64,000 nucleotides of DNA from a bacterium (GTDB lineage Bacteria; Bacteroidota; Ignavibacteria; Tepidaquicellales; Tepidaquicellaceae), in contig JAWXBH010000106.1 in NCBI GenBank assembly GCA_034439935.1, positions 892 to 64,891 on the forward strand. The letters are read 5' to 3'. Made by a program: the position numbers and the translations under genes. The notes under the pieces are model-generated. The model saw only the letters and a list, made by a program, of their open reading frames with translations, did no database searches and had not been told where the DNA came from. Positions 27,679-37,163 of this stretch are shown here, piece by piece (position 1 is the first letter of the stretch; each line of letters starts with the position of its first letter).

Positions 27679-28818
27679 TTGAATAGAATAGCTTTTGTAT
27701 CAACAAATAAATCCTCGTGGGGCGGCAGTGAATATCTATGGTACTATACGGCATTGAAATTTGCAGACTCAGGCTATGAAGTTATGACAAGTGTACCACG
27801 ATGGAAAGAGCTGCCTGATGTGCTTTCAAAACTTACAGGAAAAAATATTAAACTGCTGTTCAACACCGATTCATCTTCATTAAAAAAATTTTATAATAGA
27901 CTGGTACCTTCAAAGCTTCAGAAAGACAACAGTAATGACGGTTATAAATTTCTTCTGGATTACAGACCTGAACTTGTAGTCATAAATCAGGGAGGAAATA
28001 CAGGCGGCATTGATCTTATGGAATTTTGCATCGGCAATAACTTAAAATTTGTAAATATCGCACAGGCAGCCAATGAAGCGAAGTGGCCGGCTGACAATTT
28101 AAATAAAAGATTATCATCTGCCTTACCAAAAGCGCGGATGAATTTTTTTGTTAGCAAAGCAAATATTAAATTAACTGAGATTCAAATAGGACAAAGTATT
28201 CTTAATTCCAAAGTTATATTTAATCCATTCAATGTAAAATATGATAACGATATAATTTATCCTGAAACAAACGGAAATTTTAAATTGGCAAATGTAGCAA
28301 GGCATGAATTTTTTGCGAAAGGTCAGGATATTATGTTTCAGGTATTGAGTGAAAAAAAATGGAAAGAAAGAAATTTAACGGTAAACCTTTATGGAAAAGG
28401 AGAACATACCGGTTCATTAACCAAGCTCAAAAATTATTTCAAGCTTGAAAAAGTAAATATCGCCGGGCACATAGATCCGATGGACATCTGGAAGGAAAAT
28501 CATGCACTGATACTTTCTTCAAGATATGAGGGACTTCCTCTTGCACTGGTTGAAGCAATGCTGTGCGGAAGAACATCGATTGTAACAAATGTAAGCGGAA
28601 ATCCGGAAGTCGTAACTGATAATGAAAATGGATTTCTTGCAAAAGCGGCGACACCCGAATTTCTGGATGAAGCGCTTGACAGGGCTTGGGAGAGAAGAGC
28701 GGAGTGGAAGGAAATAGGAGAGAAAGCGAAGGATCATATCAGGACACTAATCCCCGAAGACCCTGTAAAATATTTTTTTGATGAGTTGGTGAATTTAAAA
28801 GAATTAACATTATCATAG
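27679..28818 (+). CDS. Family 4 (GT-B) glycosyltransferase
   Basis: N-terminal ...WGGSEY and the C-terminal EX7E region YEGLPLALVEAMLCGRTSIVTNVSGNPEVV. TTG start. Confidence 0.8.
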   Translation: MNRIAFVSTNKSSWGGSEYLWYYTALKFADSGYEVMTSVPRWKELPDVLSKLTGKNIKLLFNTDSSSLKKFYNRLVPSKLQKDNSNDGYKFLLDYRPELVVINQGGNTGGIDLMEFCIGNNLKFVNIAQAANEAKWPADNLNKRLSSALPKARMNFFVSKANIKLTEIQIGQSILNSKVIFNPFNVKYDNDIIYPETNGNFKLANVARHEFFAKGQDIMFQVLSEKKWKERNLTVNLYGKGEHTGSLTKLKNYFKLEKVNIAGHIDPMDIWKENHALILSSRYEGLPLALVEAMLCGRTSIVTNVSGNPEVVTDNENGFLAKAATPEFLDEALDRAWERRAEWKEIGEKAKDHIRTLIPEDPVKYFFDELVNLKELTLS

Positions 28819-28856
28819 AGAATAAAAAATTTAAAGTTTGCATAGTATCTGCGATA

Positions 28857-30047
28857 TTGCCGCCGGCATACGGAGGTGCTGAGGTCGCAGCTTTCCGGTA
28901 TGCAGAAAGACTTAACAAAGATCCGGATTCAACAGTGATAGTGATAGGATGGGACAGGACCGGAGCTTACCAAGACAGCAAGGTAAATTATGATTTTGTT
29001 CATCCGGTTCAGTTTTATGAAAATCCGGAAGATGCCGAAGGATTGTTAATTTACTTTCAGCAACTCGGACATATATGGAATTGCTTTAGGGCATTAGTAA
29101 AACCGATGTGGAAGTATCGTAATGATTATGATTACATTCATAATTTCAATTCCGGATTTGCATTTAACAGGGTTTCAATTTTTATTGGCAAAATTTTAGG
29201 AAAGAAAGTTATTACAGAGACTTCACTAATCGGTGATGATGATCCATTATCATTGGGAAAATTTTATGATTGGAAGGATTATTTCAAACCAAAATTCTTA
29301 AGATACAGGTTTTACAAAATGGCTGACCGGTTTGTAAGCAAATCCATTGTAATGACAGATATATTCAAAAAGTCAGAGATACCAATGTCAAAGGTTGCAG
29401 AGATTCCATACGCTGTTGACATAGAAAAATTTTCGCCGGCTGATAGTAATAGCAAAAAAGAATTACGAAGTAAGAACTCTATCTGGGAAGAAGGTAAAAT
29501 AATCTTGTTTGTAGGTGGGATCAATAAAAGAAAAGGGGTGCACTTATTGGTGGATGCATTCATTTCAATTGAGAAAAAAATTCCTTCCACAAGATTAATT
29601 ATAGCCGGACCTACATATAAGTATGATCAAAATTATATTTCAGACATAAAGGAAAAAATAACCAAAGCAAACATTGATACAAAAGTTATAATGACAGAGA
29701 ATAATGTGGAGAATGTCGATGAATACATGAGAAGCTCTGATATTTTTGTACTGCCGTCAAAGCAGGAAGGGTTTCCCATATCAATAGTTGAAGCAATGTC
29801 ATGCGGACTGGGTGTGGTAGCTTCTGACATACCTGAGATCTCAAAAGCACAGATAGATAATGACATCAATGGATTGGTATTTGAGGAAGGAAGTCATCAG
29901 GAATTGGGATCAAGACTATTAATGCTTCTTGAAGACGATAATAAGGTCCGATCACTTGGATTGAAAGCACGGGAAAAAGCAGTGAATAACTGGTCAACAA
30001 AAATTGTGGATGAGTCCTATAAAAAACTTTACTTATCACTAAGCTAA
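28857..30047 (+). CDS. Family 4 glycosyltransferase (start codon uncertain)
   Basis: PPAYGGAEV, then QEGFPISIVEAMSCGLGVVASDIPEI. The conserved first beta-strand (KFKVCIVSAI) is encoded in frame upstream of the first canonical start (TTG 28857). Confidence 0.8.
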   Translation: MPPAYGGAEVAAFRYAERLNKDPDSTVIVIGWDRTGAYQDSKVNYDFVHPVQFYENPEDAEGLLIYFQQLGHIWNCFRALVKPMWKYRNDYDYIHNFNSGFAFNRVSIFIGKILGKKVITETSLIGDDDPLSLGKFYDWKDYFKPKFLRYRFYKMADRFVSKSIVMTDIFKKSEIPMSKVAEIPYAVDIEKFSPADSNSKKELRSKNSIWEEGKIILFVGGINKRKGVHLLVDAFISIEKKIPSTRLIIAGPTYKYDQNYISDIKEKITKANIDTKVIMTENNVENVDEYMRSSDIFVLPSKQEGFPISIVEAMSCGLGVVASDIPEISKAQIDNDINGLVFEEGSHQELGSRLLMLLEDDNKVRSLGLKAREKAVNNWSTKIVDESYKKLYLSLS

Positions 30048-30072
30048 TAAAATATATTATAAATCAAACGGA

Positions 30073-31206
30073 TTGAAAAAAGGCAAAGTTAAGATATTAT
30101 TTACGATCCCGAATTTTAATACTGCAGGAAGCGGCAAGGCATTGATCAATGTGATATCAAGGCTTGATAAGAATATCTTTGAACCCTCAATCTGCTGCAG
30201 GCATGACAGAGGAGACCTGTTCAAATCCGCAAAGGAGCTGAATGTTCCTATTTATATTACGGATTTTACTGTTGCTACAAAACCAAGGATCAGGGGAGCT
30301 AGTAACATTTATAAGCTGTCAGGAATTTTCAGAAAGATCAAACCGGATATCATACATTCATACAATTATTCTGATGATTATTCGGAAGCACTGGCAGCAA
30401 AAATTTCAGGGATCAAATGGATCTATACAAAAAAGAACATGAGCTGGGGAAGCAACGCGTGGAAGATGAGAACGTTTTTAGCGGATGCAGTGATCCCTCA
30501 GAATGAAGAGATGCTTGAAATTTTTTTCAAAGGACTTAATAAATGCAGGTTGATACCCATAGGAATAAATCTAAAGGAGTTTGAGCATATTGAGAGAAAT
30601 GAAGATATTCTTGCAAGATATAATTTGACGACTTCCGCACCTGTAATTCTAACTGTTGCAAACATCATTCCAATCAAAGGAATAGATTTTCTTATCAGGG
30701 GATTTGAACTGGCAAGTGAAGATCTACCTGAGGCAAAGTTGCTGATTGTGGGAGAGGACAGGAATGAGTATGCAAATGAGCTGAAGAAGAAAGTGAAAGA
30801 AATGAATATAGGAAATAAGATTGTGTTTACAGGAAAGCAAAGTGACATCAAGGATTTTTTTTCGATCGCGGATATGTTCATCCTGTCATCTATGAAAGCG
30901 GGTGAGGGCGGTCCTATTTCGGTTTTGGAAGCAATGGCAAGTGGTGTGTTGAGCTACGGGAGTGATGTGCCGGGAATAAGAGATCAGTTCAGAGATTTTC
31001 AGGATCAGTTATTTGAATCGGAAAATCCCGGTTCAATTGCTAATAAGATACTGAAAGCATTTAGTATGGATGCAGATGAGAGGAAGAAGAGGATTGAAAT
31101 TCAGAGACAATTTATAGAGAAAAATTATTCAATAGAGAATGAATTGTCGGAGCTTCCGAAGTTGTATCTTGAAGTTGTGAAAGGAAAACTTCAAATTAAT
31201 TCTTGA
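30073..31206 (+). CDS. Family 4 glycosyltransferase
   Basis: KILFTIPNFNTAGSGK N-terminus; GEGGPISVLEAMASGV C-terminal motif. TTG start. Confidence 0.75.
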   Translation: MKKGKVKILFTIPNFNTAGSGKALINVISRLDKNIFEPSICCRHDRGDLFKSAKELNVPIYITDFTVATKPRIRGASNIYKLSGIFRKIKPDIIHSYNYSDDYSEALAAKISGIKWIYTKKNMSWGSNAWKMRTFLADAVIPQNEEMLEIFFKGLNKCRLIPIGINLKEFEHIERNEDILARYNLTTSAPVILTVANIIPIKGIDFLIRGFELASEDLPEAKLLIVGEDRNEYANELKKKVKEMNIGNKIVFTGKQSDIKDFFSIADMFILSSMKAGEGGPISVLEAMASGVLSYGSDVPGIRDQFRDFQDQLFESENPGSIANKILKAFSMDADERKKRIEIQRQFIEKNYSIENELSELPKLYLEVVKGKLQINS

Positions 31207-32258
31207 ATCCATTTAACGTAATAAAATATCTTCCTCACTTATTAAGAAAAAAAATTTATGAAAAATATATAATAATTGAGAGTGATGACTGGGGACTTGA
31301 AAGAGCCCCGAATGTGGATTGTGTTAGTTTCATTGAAAAAAAATTCGGCAAAAAAAATCTTACACGCTGGAGCTATGATACACTTGAGACAAAGGAGGAT
31401 CTGAATTATCTGTATGATTTGCTCGAAAGCTATAAAAATAAATTTGAGTCGCCTCCTGTAATTACCGCCAATTTCATTACTCATAATATTGATTATTCAA
31501 ATAAAGAAGAATTAAAATTCCTTCCGATAAGCAAGGGGTTTTCGAATAAGGATGAAGATGTCAGGGAGTTGTATAAGAAGGGTATTGAAGAGAAATATAT
31601 TTTTCCTCAACTACATGGCTTTAGCCATTATAATATTGAAGATCTCAAAAATTATTTTAAAACTGAGGAGGCGAATGAATTATTCAGCTGGAAATTTCTT
31701 ACTGCAAAATCAACTGTAAGAGGCAACATGTCGTTTCTTCAGGGAGAATTAGGAAAAAATCATGTTGGAAAATATTTTAAAAGGGCAGCAGAAGAATTTG
31801 AAAGGGTTTTTGGGTTTAATTCAAAGACTTTCATTCCTCCGACATACATTTATGATTTTACATTAACAGATATTTTAAAAGCGAATAATATAGGTCTTGT
31901 TCAGTCTTCAAACCGGCTTAATCCTGCATCTGAGAAGAATTTTTTAAGACCTTATTTTAAAAAGCGTAAAGGACTTTACTGGTCAGTCAGGAATGCAAGG
32001 CTTGATCCTCATCCTGACTATAATTTCAATCATGAGCAGTGTCTGAGTACAATTCAAAAAATGTTTGAAATTAAATCTCCGGCAATCATAGATTTTCACC
32101 GGGTAAATTTTGCGGGCAGGTTTGCGTCGGATTACAGAAACAAGACATTAGAAGAATTAAAAAAACTATTTGAAGGCATTCACAAGAAATGGCCGGATGT
32201 AAAATTTATCCACTCACAAAAATTTAATGACCTATTATGGCAACAAGAAATCAGATAA
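31203..32258 (+). CDS. Polysaccharide-deacetylase-like (CE4-like) hypothetical protein
   Basis: ESDDWG (DD motif), HGFSHYN (His pair), FIPPTY and DFHRVNF resemble CE4 motifs 1, 2, 3 and 5. TTGA overlap with the upstream gene. Tentative. Confidence 0.35.
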   Translation: MNPFNVIKYLPHLLRKKIYEKYIIIESDDWGLERAPNVDCVSFIEKKFGKKNLTRWSYDTLETKEDLNYLYDLLESYKNKFESPPVITANFITHNIDYSNKEELKFLPISKGFSNKDEDVRELYKKGIEEKYIFPQLHGFSHYNIEDLKNYFKTEEANELFSWKFLTAKSTVRGNMSFLQGELGKNHVGKYFKRAAEEFERVFGFNSKTFIPPTYIYDFTLTDILKANNIGLVQSSNRLNPASEKNFLRPYFKKRKGLYWSVRNARLDPHPDYNFNHEQCLSTIQKMFEIKSPAIIDFHRVNFAGRFASDYRNKTLEELKKLFEGIHKKWPDVKFIHSQKFNDLLWQQEIR

Positions 32259-32899
32259 GCTACCTCACAATAAATAAAGACAGAATCTCCGATCCAATAC
32301 TTGTTGTAGGTTCCAAACATTATGAATACGACAAAGAGAATATTATTGATGGTCTTAGAAAGCTCGGATTGAGTGACATCACAGGCATTGACATATCCGC
32401 GGGTGACGGTGTCGATCACGTTGTAGATATTACTGAATCAGGTTCGGATTTTATTAAGAGTCATAACGAGTTTTATGCCACAATAATCTGCATGGAAGTA
32501 TTAACTAACGTACAAAACCCTTTTCAGGCAGCAGACAATCTGATCTCAATGCTTAAGAAGGATGGCGTAGTTATTCTCTCTGAATGCATTGTCAGAAAAA
32601 TATCAAAGATGCCGCTGGATTTGTGGCGTTTTACATACGATGGTACGAAAGAGCTTTTCAAAGGATTAAAATTTGATGATTCAAAAGCAATGATATCTCT
32701 TACAAGGGAGAAGAGTGAAAAACTTCTACCGATGCAATATCCTTTTCCGCAGATACTGACTTCCCGTCATCCGGATGAAAGCTCCACTGGATATTTACTG
32801 AGAAGAATTCACAGGAGGTTTTTTGCAGGAGGCGTCTTTAAGATCTCGAGACTGATGCCTGAGACAACAATTTATTCCATATCTACAAAAAAATCATAA
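32237..32899 (+). CDS. SAM-methyltransferase-like protein
   Basis: ILVVGSK...GIDIS...FYATIICMEVLTNVQNPFQAADNLISMLKKDGVVILSE resembles a Methyltransf_11-type fold with a degenerate glycine motif. Confidence 0.45.
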   Translation: MATRNQISYLTINKDRISDPILVVGSKHYEYDKENIIDGLRKLGLSDITGIDISAGDGVDHVVDITESGSDFIKSHNEFYATIICMEVLTNVQNPFQAADNLISMLKKDGVVILSECIVRKISKMPLDLWRFTYDGTKELFKGLKFDDSKAMISLTREKSEKLLPMQYPFPQILTSRHPDESSTGYLLRRIHRRFFAGGVFKISRLMPETTIYSISTKKS

Positions 32900-32970
32900 T
32901 TATAATTTGTATAAGAGCATAAAAGGTAAGACCACTTTTGCAGTAACAAAAGGGATGCTTTAAGAAAGTG

Positions 32971-33603
32971 ATGAATTAGGAAAAGATAGATGACGTTCTG
33001 AATTCCATCACTCTTTATAAATGCAGGGGTTTTTATGATAAGAGACTTGCACAGGAGAGCGGAGAATTAGCAGAACTTTGTAAGCGAGTAGTTGCAGCAA
33101 AACCAAAGTGATCGTTGAGATAGGAACATGGAACGGAGGAACATTTTATGTATGGAACAGGATCAATCCTCAGGCAAAAGAGATCATCAGCATTGATCTG
33201 CCGGATGGAGACTACGGCGGCGGTTATGATGACAAGAGAGTAAAGTTCTTTATAGAATTTGCAGCGGACCGTCCTCAGACAAAACTTGATTTTATCAGAG
33301 ATGACTCTAAATCAAATGAAACATTAAATCAGCTTAAGAAAATTTTAGGAAATGACAGAATCGACTTTCTTTACATTGACGTTGACCATACTTATGAAGG
33401 AGTAAAAAAAGATACGGAAATATATCTCGGGCTGATGTCTGATACCTGCATGATATTATTTCATGACATTAATACTTTCAAAGAAAGGATACGGTGTGAA
33501 TCAATACTGTAATGAGATAAAAGGAAAGTACAAATTTGAGAAGTTTATTAAAACCGGAAGCAGAGTTATGGGAAACGGATTAATTTATTTGAAGAATGCC
33601 TAA
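32971..33603 (+). pseudogene. Decayed CmcI/Methyltransf_24-type SAM methyltransferase (nonsense codon plus two frameshifts)
   Basis: The N-terminal piece in one frame (ATG 32971, TAG at codon 3, then ...QESGELAELCKRVVAAKPK, stop 33109) continues in the ORF-track frame 33108-33512 (VIVEIGTWNGG...FLYIDVDHTYEGV...ILFHDI). It then returns to the first frame (GYGVNQYCNEIKGKYKFEKFIKTGSRVMGNGLIYLKNA, stop 33601-33603), overlapping the next gene's ATG by 8 nt. Confidence 0.55.
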
Positions 33604-34582
33604 GATATCTATCATTACACCATTATATAACGGGACAAAAACTTTTGAAGAAACCGCTGATAGTGTACTAAGTCAGGATTTTGAAAACTGGGAATGGATA
33701 CTTTATGATGACGGAAGCAGAGATGGAATTCAGGAGTTAGGAAAGAAGTTTGCAGAAAAATATAAGGGGAAGGTCTTCTATTTTGAGCATGAAAATAATA
33801 AAAATTTCGGAACGGCATATACACGCAACAGAGCTGCAGAAAAAGCAACCGGAAATATAATATCCTTCATTGATCAGGATGACATTTGGTATAAGAACAG
33901 ACTTTCACATCAGCTTGAAATATTCAGACAGCATCAGGATTGCGCAATGATATGGGGACCGGCATTATACTGGTATTCCAACCGGACTTTTGTACAGCCG
34001 GTAAAATATAACGGCGAAGATATCAGAACGGGAGTTTATGAATCTCCCAGGTTTATTGAAATTTTTTTGCGGGATCTTAAAGGAACTCCGCTGCCAGGCG
34101 CCTCATTAGTCAGGAAAGAAAGCTTCATAAAGGTGAAAGGATACGATGAATCGATCAGAGGTTCGGAAGATATTGTATTGTGGCTGAAGATCGCTGAGCA
34201 GTTTAAAATTTATTTTGATGACAAGGTCCTGATCAAATACAGAAAACATCAGGACTCAACCTTAGGCAGGGCTAATCAAAGCGGTGAAATGTACGAATGG
34301 AATCTGATCTTCTACAAATGGGTAATAGAATTTCTGAAAAAAAATAAAGCAAGTGAAAGGCTCATTGAAGAAAATGAATTTGCATATTATATCACGGCAA
34401 AAAAAATTGTAAGCAAGGAAAAATATGCTGACGGTAGGAAAAAACTTTTAAGCAAACTAAATTCTTATCCAGAATTGAAAAAGAAATTCATGAAGGATTA
34501 TTTTCTTGATCTTATAATGCCAATGAGCATTGCATCGAAAGTATCTGCAAAGTTAAGATTTGATCTTTTAAGAAAAAAATAA
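33596..34582 (+). CDS. Family 2 glycosyltransferase
   Basis: ISIITPLYNGTKTFEETADSVLSQDFENWEWILYDDGSRDG...FIDQDD. Confidence 0.8.
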   Translation: MPKISIITPLYNGTKTFEETADSVLSQDFENWEWILYDDGSRDGIQELGKKFAEKYKGKVFYFEHENNKNFGTAYTRNRAAEKATGNIISFIDQDDIWYKNRLSHQLEIFRQHQDCAMIWGPALYWYSNRTFVQPVKYNGEDIRTGVYESPRFIEIFLRDLKGTPLPGASLVRKESFIKVKGYDESIRGSEDIVLWLKIAEQFKIYFDDKVLIKYRKHQDSTLGRANQSGEMYEWNLIFYKWVIEFLKKNKASERLIEENEFAYYITAKKIVSKEKYADGRKKLLSKLNSYPELKKKFMKDYFLDLIMPMSIASKVSAKLRFDLLRKK

Positions 34583-34584
34583 AT

Positions 34585-35976
34585 TTGATTTTAAGAACGT
34601 CCATAATTCCTGAGGAACAAAAGTTTGTTGATAATGATAATCCGGACGGGATAAATCTTAAAGCAATTTGTATTTTTGCAGCAGCGGGTTTCTTTTTGGA
34701 GAAAGACAGCTATTATATGAATGAAACCGTATTACAGCCGTTTACAGAATATGATATCAGTAATAATAAAGTAAACACTTCAAAACATTACTGGCAATGG
34801 CATTACACACCAAGAGAAATTTCCATTAAGCAGGCGACCGAAGAGTTTGCAGATTTGTTTGAAAGAATTTCCAACGAGAATTTAAAAAATAAAAATATTA
34901 TTCTTCCGCTTTCCGGCGGACTGGACAGCAGAACACAGGCAGCGGCTTTAGATGAAGGGGCAAATGTTAAGACTTACTCTTACAAGTTTGCAGATAGTTT
35001 TGATGAAACAAAGTATGGCAGGGAAATTTCAGGTATAAAAAATTTTTCATTTCATGAATACAAAATTCCGGAAGGGTATTTGTGGAATGTAATTGATAAG
35101 CTTTCGGAGATAAACAAATGTTATGCCGACTTTACTCATCCGAGGCAGATGGCTGTCATTGATAGCGTATCAAAGCTCGGAGATGTGTTCTATCTTGGTC
35201 ATTGGGGCGATGTGCTATTTGACGATATGGGGATTGAAGAGAATATAAGTTTTGAGGAACAGGCAAAAGTAATAGTGAAAAAAATTCTGAAAAAGGGAGG
35301 ACTTGAACTTGCAGAAGCTTTATGGAAGGCGTGGGGAATTGAAGGAGATTTTCAAACATATCTTAAGGAAAGAATTGTAAATCTGCTTGCCGAAATTAAA
35401 ATTGATAATGCCAATTCGCAAGTAAGAGCATTCAAATCTACTTACTGGGCTCCCCGATGGACAAGCGCAAACATGGCTGTCTTTAGCAAATATTTGCCGG
35501 TAGTACTTCCTTATTATGATGATGAGATGTGTAAATTCATTTGCACAATCCCGGAGAAGCTGCTATCCGGAAGGCAGATCCAAATTGAATACATTAAAAT
35601 GAAAGCTCCGGAGCTTGCCAAAATTGCCTGGCAAAATTATGATCCGTTAAATTTATATACCTACAAAAAATTCAAAAGTAAAAGCATGCTACCCATGAGA
35701 GCATTAAAAAAAGGAAAGAGAATTTTAAATGAAAAACTTACAGGGAAAAAGATGATTACACGGAACTGGGAGTTACAATTCTTAGGAAATGAAAATGATC
35801 TGAAACTGAAAGAACATTTGCTTGAGAATAAATCATTTTCAGATATTGTACCAATTGAACTGATCAGGGATTTTTATAATAAATTCAAAACGAAAGATTC
35901 TGTATATTACTCACATCCTTTAAGCATGCTGTTGACGATCTCATTGTTCTGTAAAAACCGATTACCCAAAAAATAA
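34585..35976 (+). CDS. Asparagine-synthetase-like PP-loop protein lacking the N-terminal glutaminase domain
   Basis: ILPLSGGLDSRTQAAAL PP-loop and AsnB C-domain layout, but no MCG N-terminus and no Ntn glutaminase domain. TTG start. Confidence 0.65.
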   Translation: MILRTSIIPEEQKFVDNDNPDGINLKAICIFAAAGFFLEKDSYYMNETVLQPFTEYDISNNKVNTSKHYWQWHYTPREISIKQATEEFADLFERISNENLKNKNIILPLSGGLDSRTQAAALDEGANVKTYSYKFADSFDETKYGREISGIKNFSFHEYKIPEGYLWNVIDKLSEINKCYADFTHPRQMAVIDSVSKLGDVFYLGHWGDVLFDDMGIEENISFEEQAKVIVKKILKKGGLELAEALWKAWGIEGDFQTYLKERIVNLLAEIKIDNANSQVRAFKSTYWAPRWTSANMAVFSKYLPVVLPYYDDEMCKFICTIPEKLLSGRQIQIEYIKMKAPELAKIAWQNYDPLNLYTYKKFKSKSMLPMRALKKGKRILNEKLTGKKMITRNWELQFLGNENDLKLKEHLLENKSFSDIVPIELIRDFYNKFKTKDSVYYSHPLSMLLTISLFCKNRLPKK

Positions 35977-35978
35977 AA

Positions 35979-37160
35979 ATGAAAGTAGCTGTTTACTCTG
36001 GAAATATTCCTTCAACAACTTTCATTGAGATATTAATTGAAGGCTTGTCAAATGCGGGGTTTGAGATCTATCTGTTTGGAAAAAAAACAAAAGATGTAAA
36101 GTATAATTCTAATGTCAGAGTATTTCCAACACCGGAAGCCGGAAGCAAATTGTTTCTGTTTACTTTAAAGGAAAGTCTGAAACTGCTTTTAAGGAATCCC
36201 AAAAATTTTTCAAAGATATTAAAAAAGATATACAGCAAAAAAAACGAATTCAGAAGTTTTGTAAGAGATGCCGGGCTTATACTTCCGATAATTAATAATA
36301 CTCCTGATATTTTTCACATGCAGTGGGCAAAAGTAATTCAGAGATATCCTGAACTCTTTGAGCTGCTTGACTGCAAATTTGCTCTGAGCCTCAGAGGTGC
36401 TCATATAAATTACTCACCTTTAAATGATGCCAAGCTTGCAAACGCATATAAAAAATATTTTCCACTAATAAATGGATTTCATGCTGTGTCGGAGAATATT
36501 TCAAAGGAAGCGGAGAAATACGGAGCTGAGAGAAAAAAAATTAAGGTGATCCATTCAAGTGTTAAGAGCGATCTGCTTAAAAAGGAAAGTATCAGCTATG
36601 CGAATGAGGACATTCTGAAAATAATTTCGATCGGGAGATTTCACTGGAAGAAAGGATACCACTATGCTCTTGATGCAATGAAGGCATTGAAAGATGAAAG
36701 TATAAATTTTGAATTCACAATTGTTGCTCAGGGCGAAATGCCGGAGGAGATCGTGTTTATGATCAATGACTATCAGCTTTCTGAGCATGTTAAAATTATA
36801 AACGGGTTACCTTATGAAAGTCTGATCGACAAACTTTGCAAATCTCATATACTCATACTGCCGAGTGTGGAGGAGGGGATTGCGAATGTTGTCCTTGAAG
36901 CCATGGCAGCGGGTGTGCCTGTGTTGACAACGGACTGCGGAGGAATGGACGAAGTGGTCACAGATAAACTTAACGGTTATATTATACCTGTTAGAGATCC
37001 TGAAATGATCGTTCGAAAAATAAAGGAGTTTATTGATTCATCTGATGAGACGAAAAATAAAATCAAATCCAATGCTCGGACTGTAATACAAAAAGATTTT
37101 TCAAGAGAGAAGCAGATCAGGGAGTTCAGGGAATTTTATGAATCGATGTCAGCAGGTTAA
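35979..37160 (+). CDS. Family 4 glycosyltransferase
   Basis: EEGIANVVLEAMAAGVPVLTTDCGGMDEVV. Confidence 0.8.
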   Translation: MKVAVYSGNIPSTTFIEILIEGLSNAGFEIYLFGKKTKDVKYNSNVRVFPTPEAGSKLFLFTLKESLKLLLRNPKNFSKILKKIYSKKNEFRSFVRDAGLILPIINNTPDIFHMQWAKVIQRYPELFELLDCKFALSLRGAHINYSPLNDAKLANAYKKYFPLINGFHAVSENISKEAEKYGAERKKIKVIHSSVKSDLLKKESISYANEDILKIISIGRFHWKKGYHYALDAMKALKDESINFEFTIVAQGEMPEEIVFMINDYQLSEHVKIINGLPYESLIDKLCKSHILILPSVEEGIANVVLEAMAAGVPVLTTDCGGMDEVVTDKLNGYIIPVRDPEMIVRKIKEFIDSSDETKNKIKSNARTVIQKDFSREKQIREFREFYESMSAG

Positions 37161-37163
37161 GTA

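Noticed and set aside
32935-32952. Small inverted repeat CTTTTG-cagtaa-CAAAAG after the stop of the 32237-32899 gene, as a terminator
   Set aside because: The stem is only 6 bp and A/T-rich, and no T-tract follows. It is too weak to call an intrinsic terminator.
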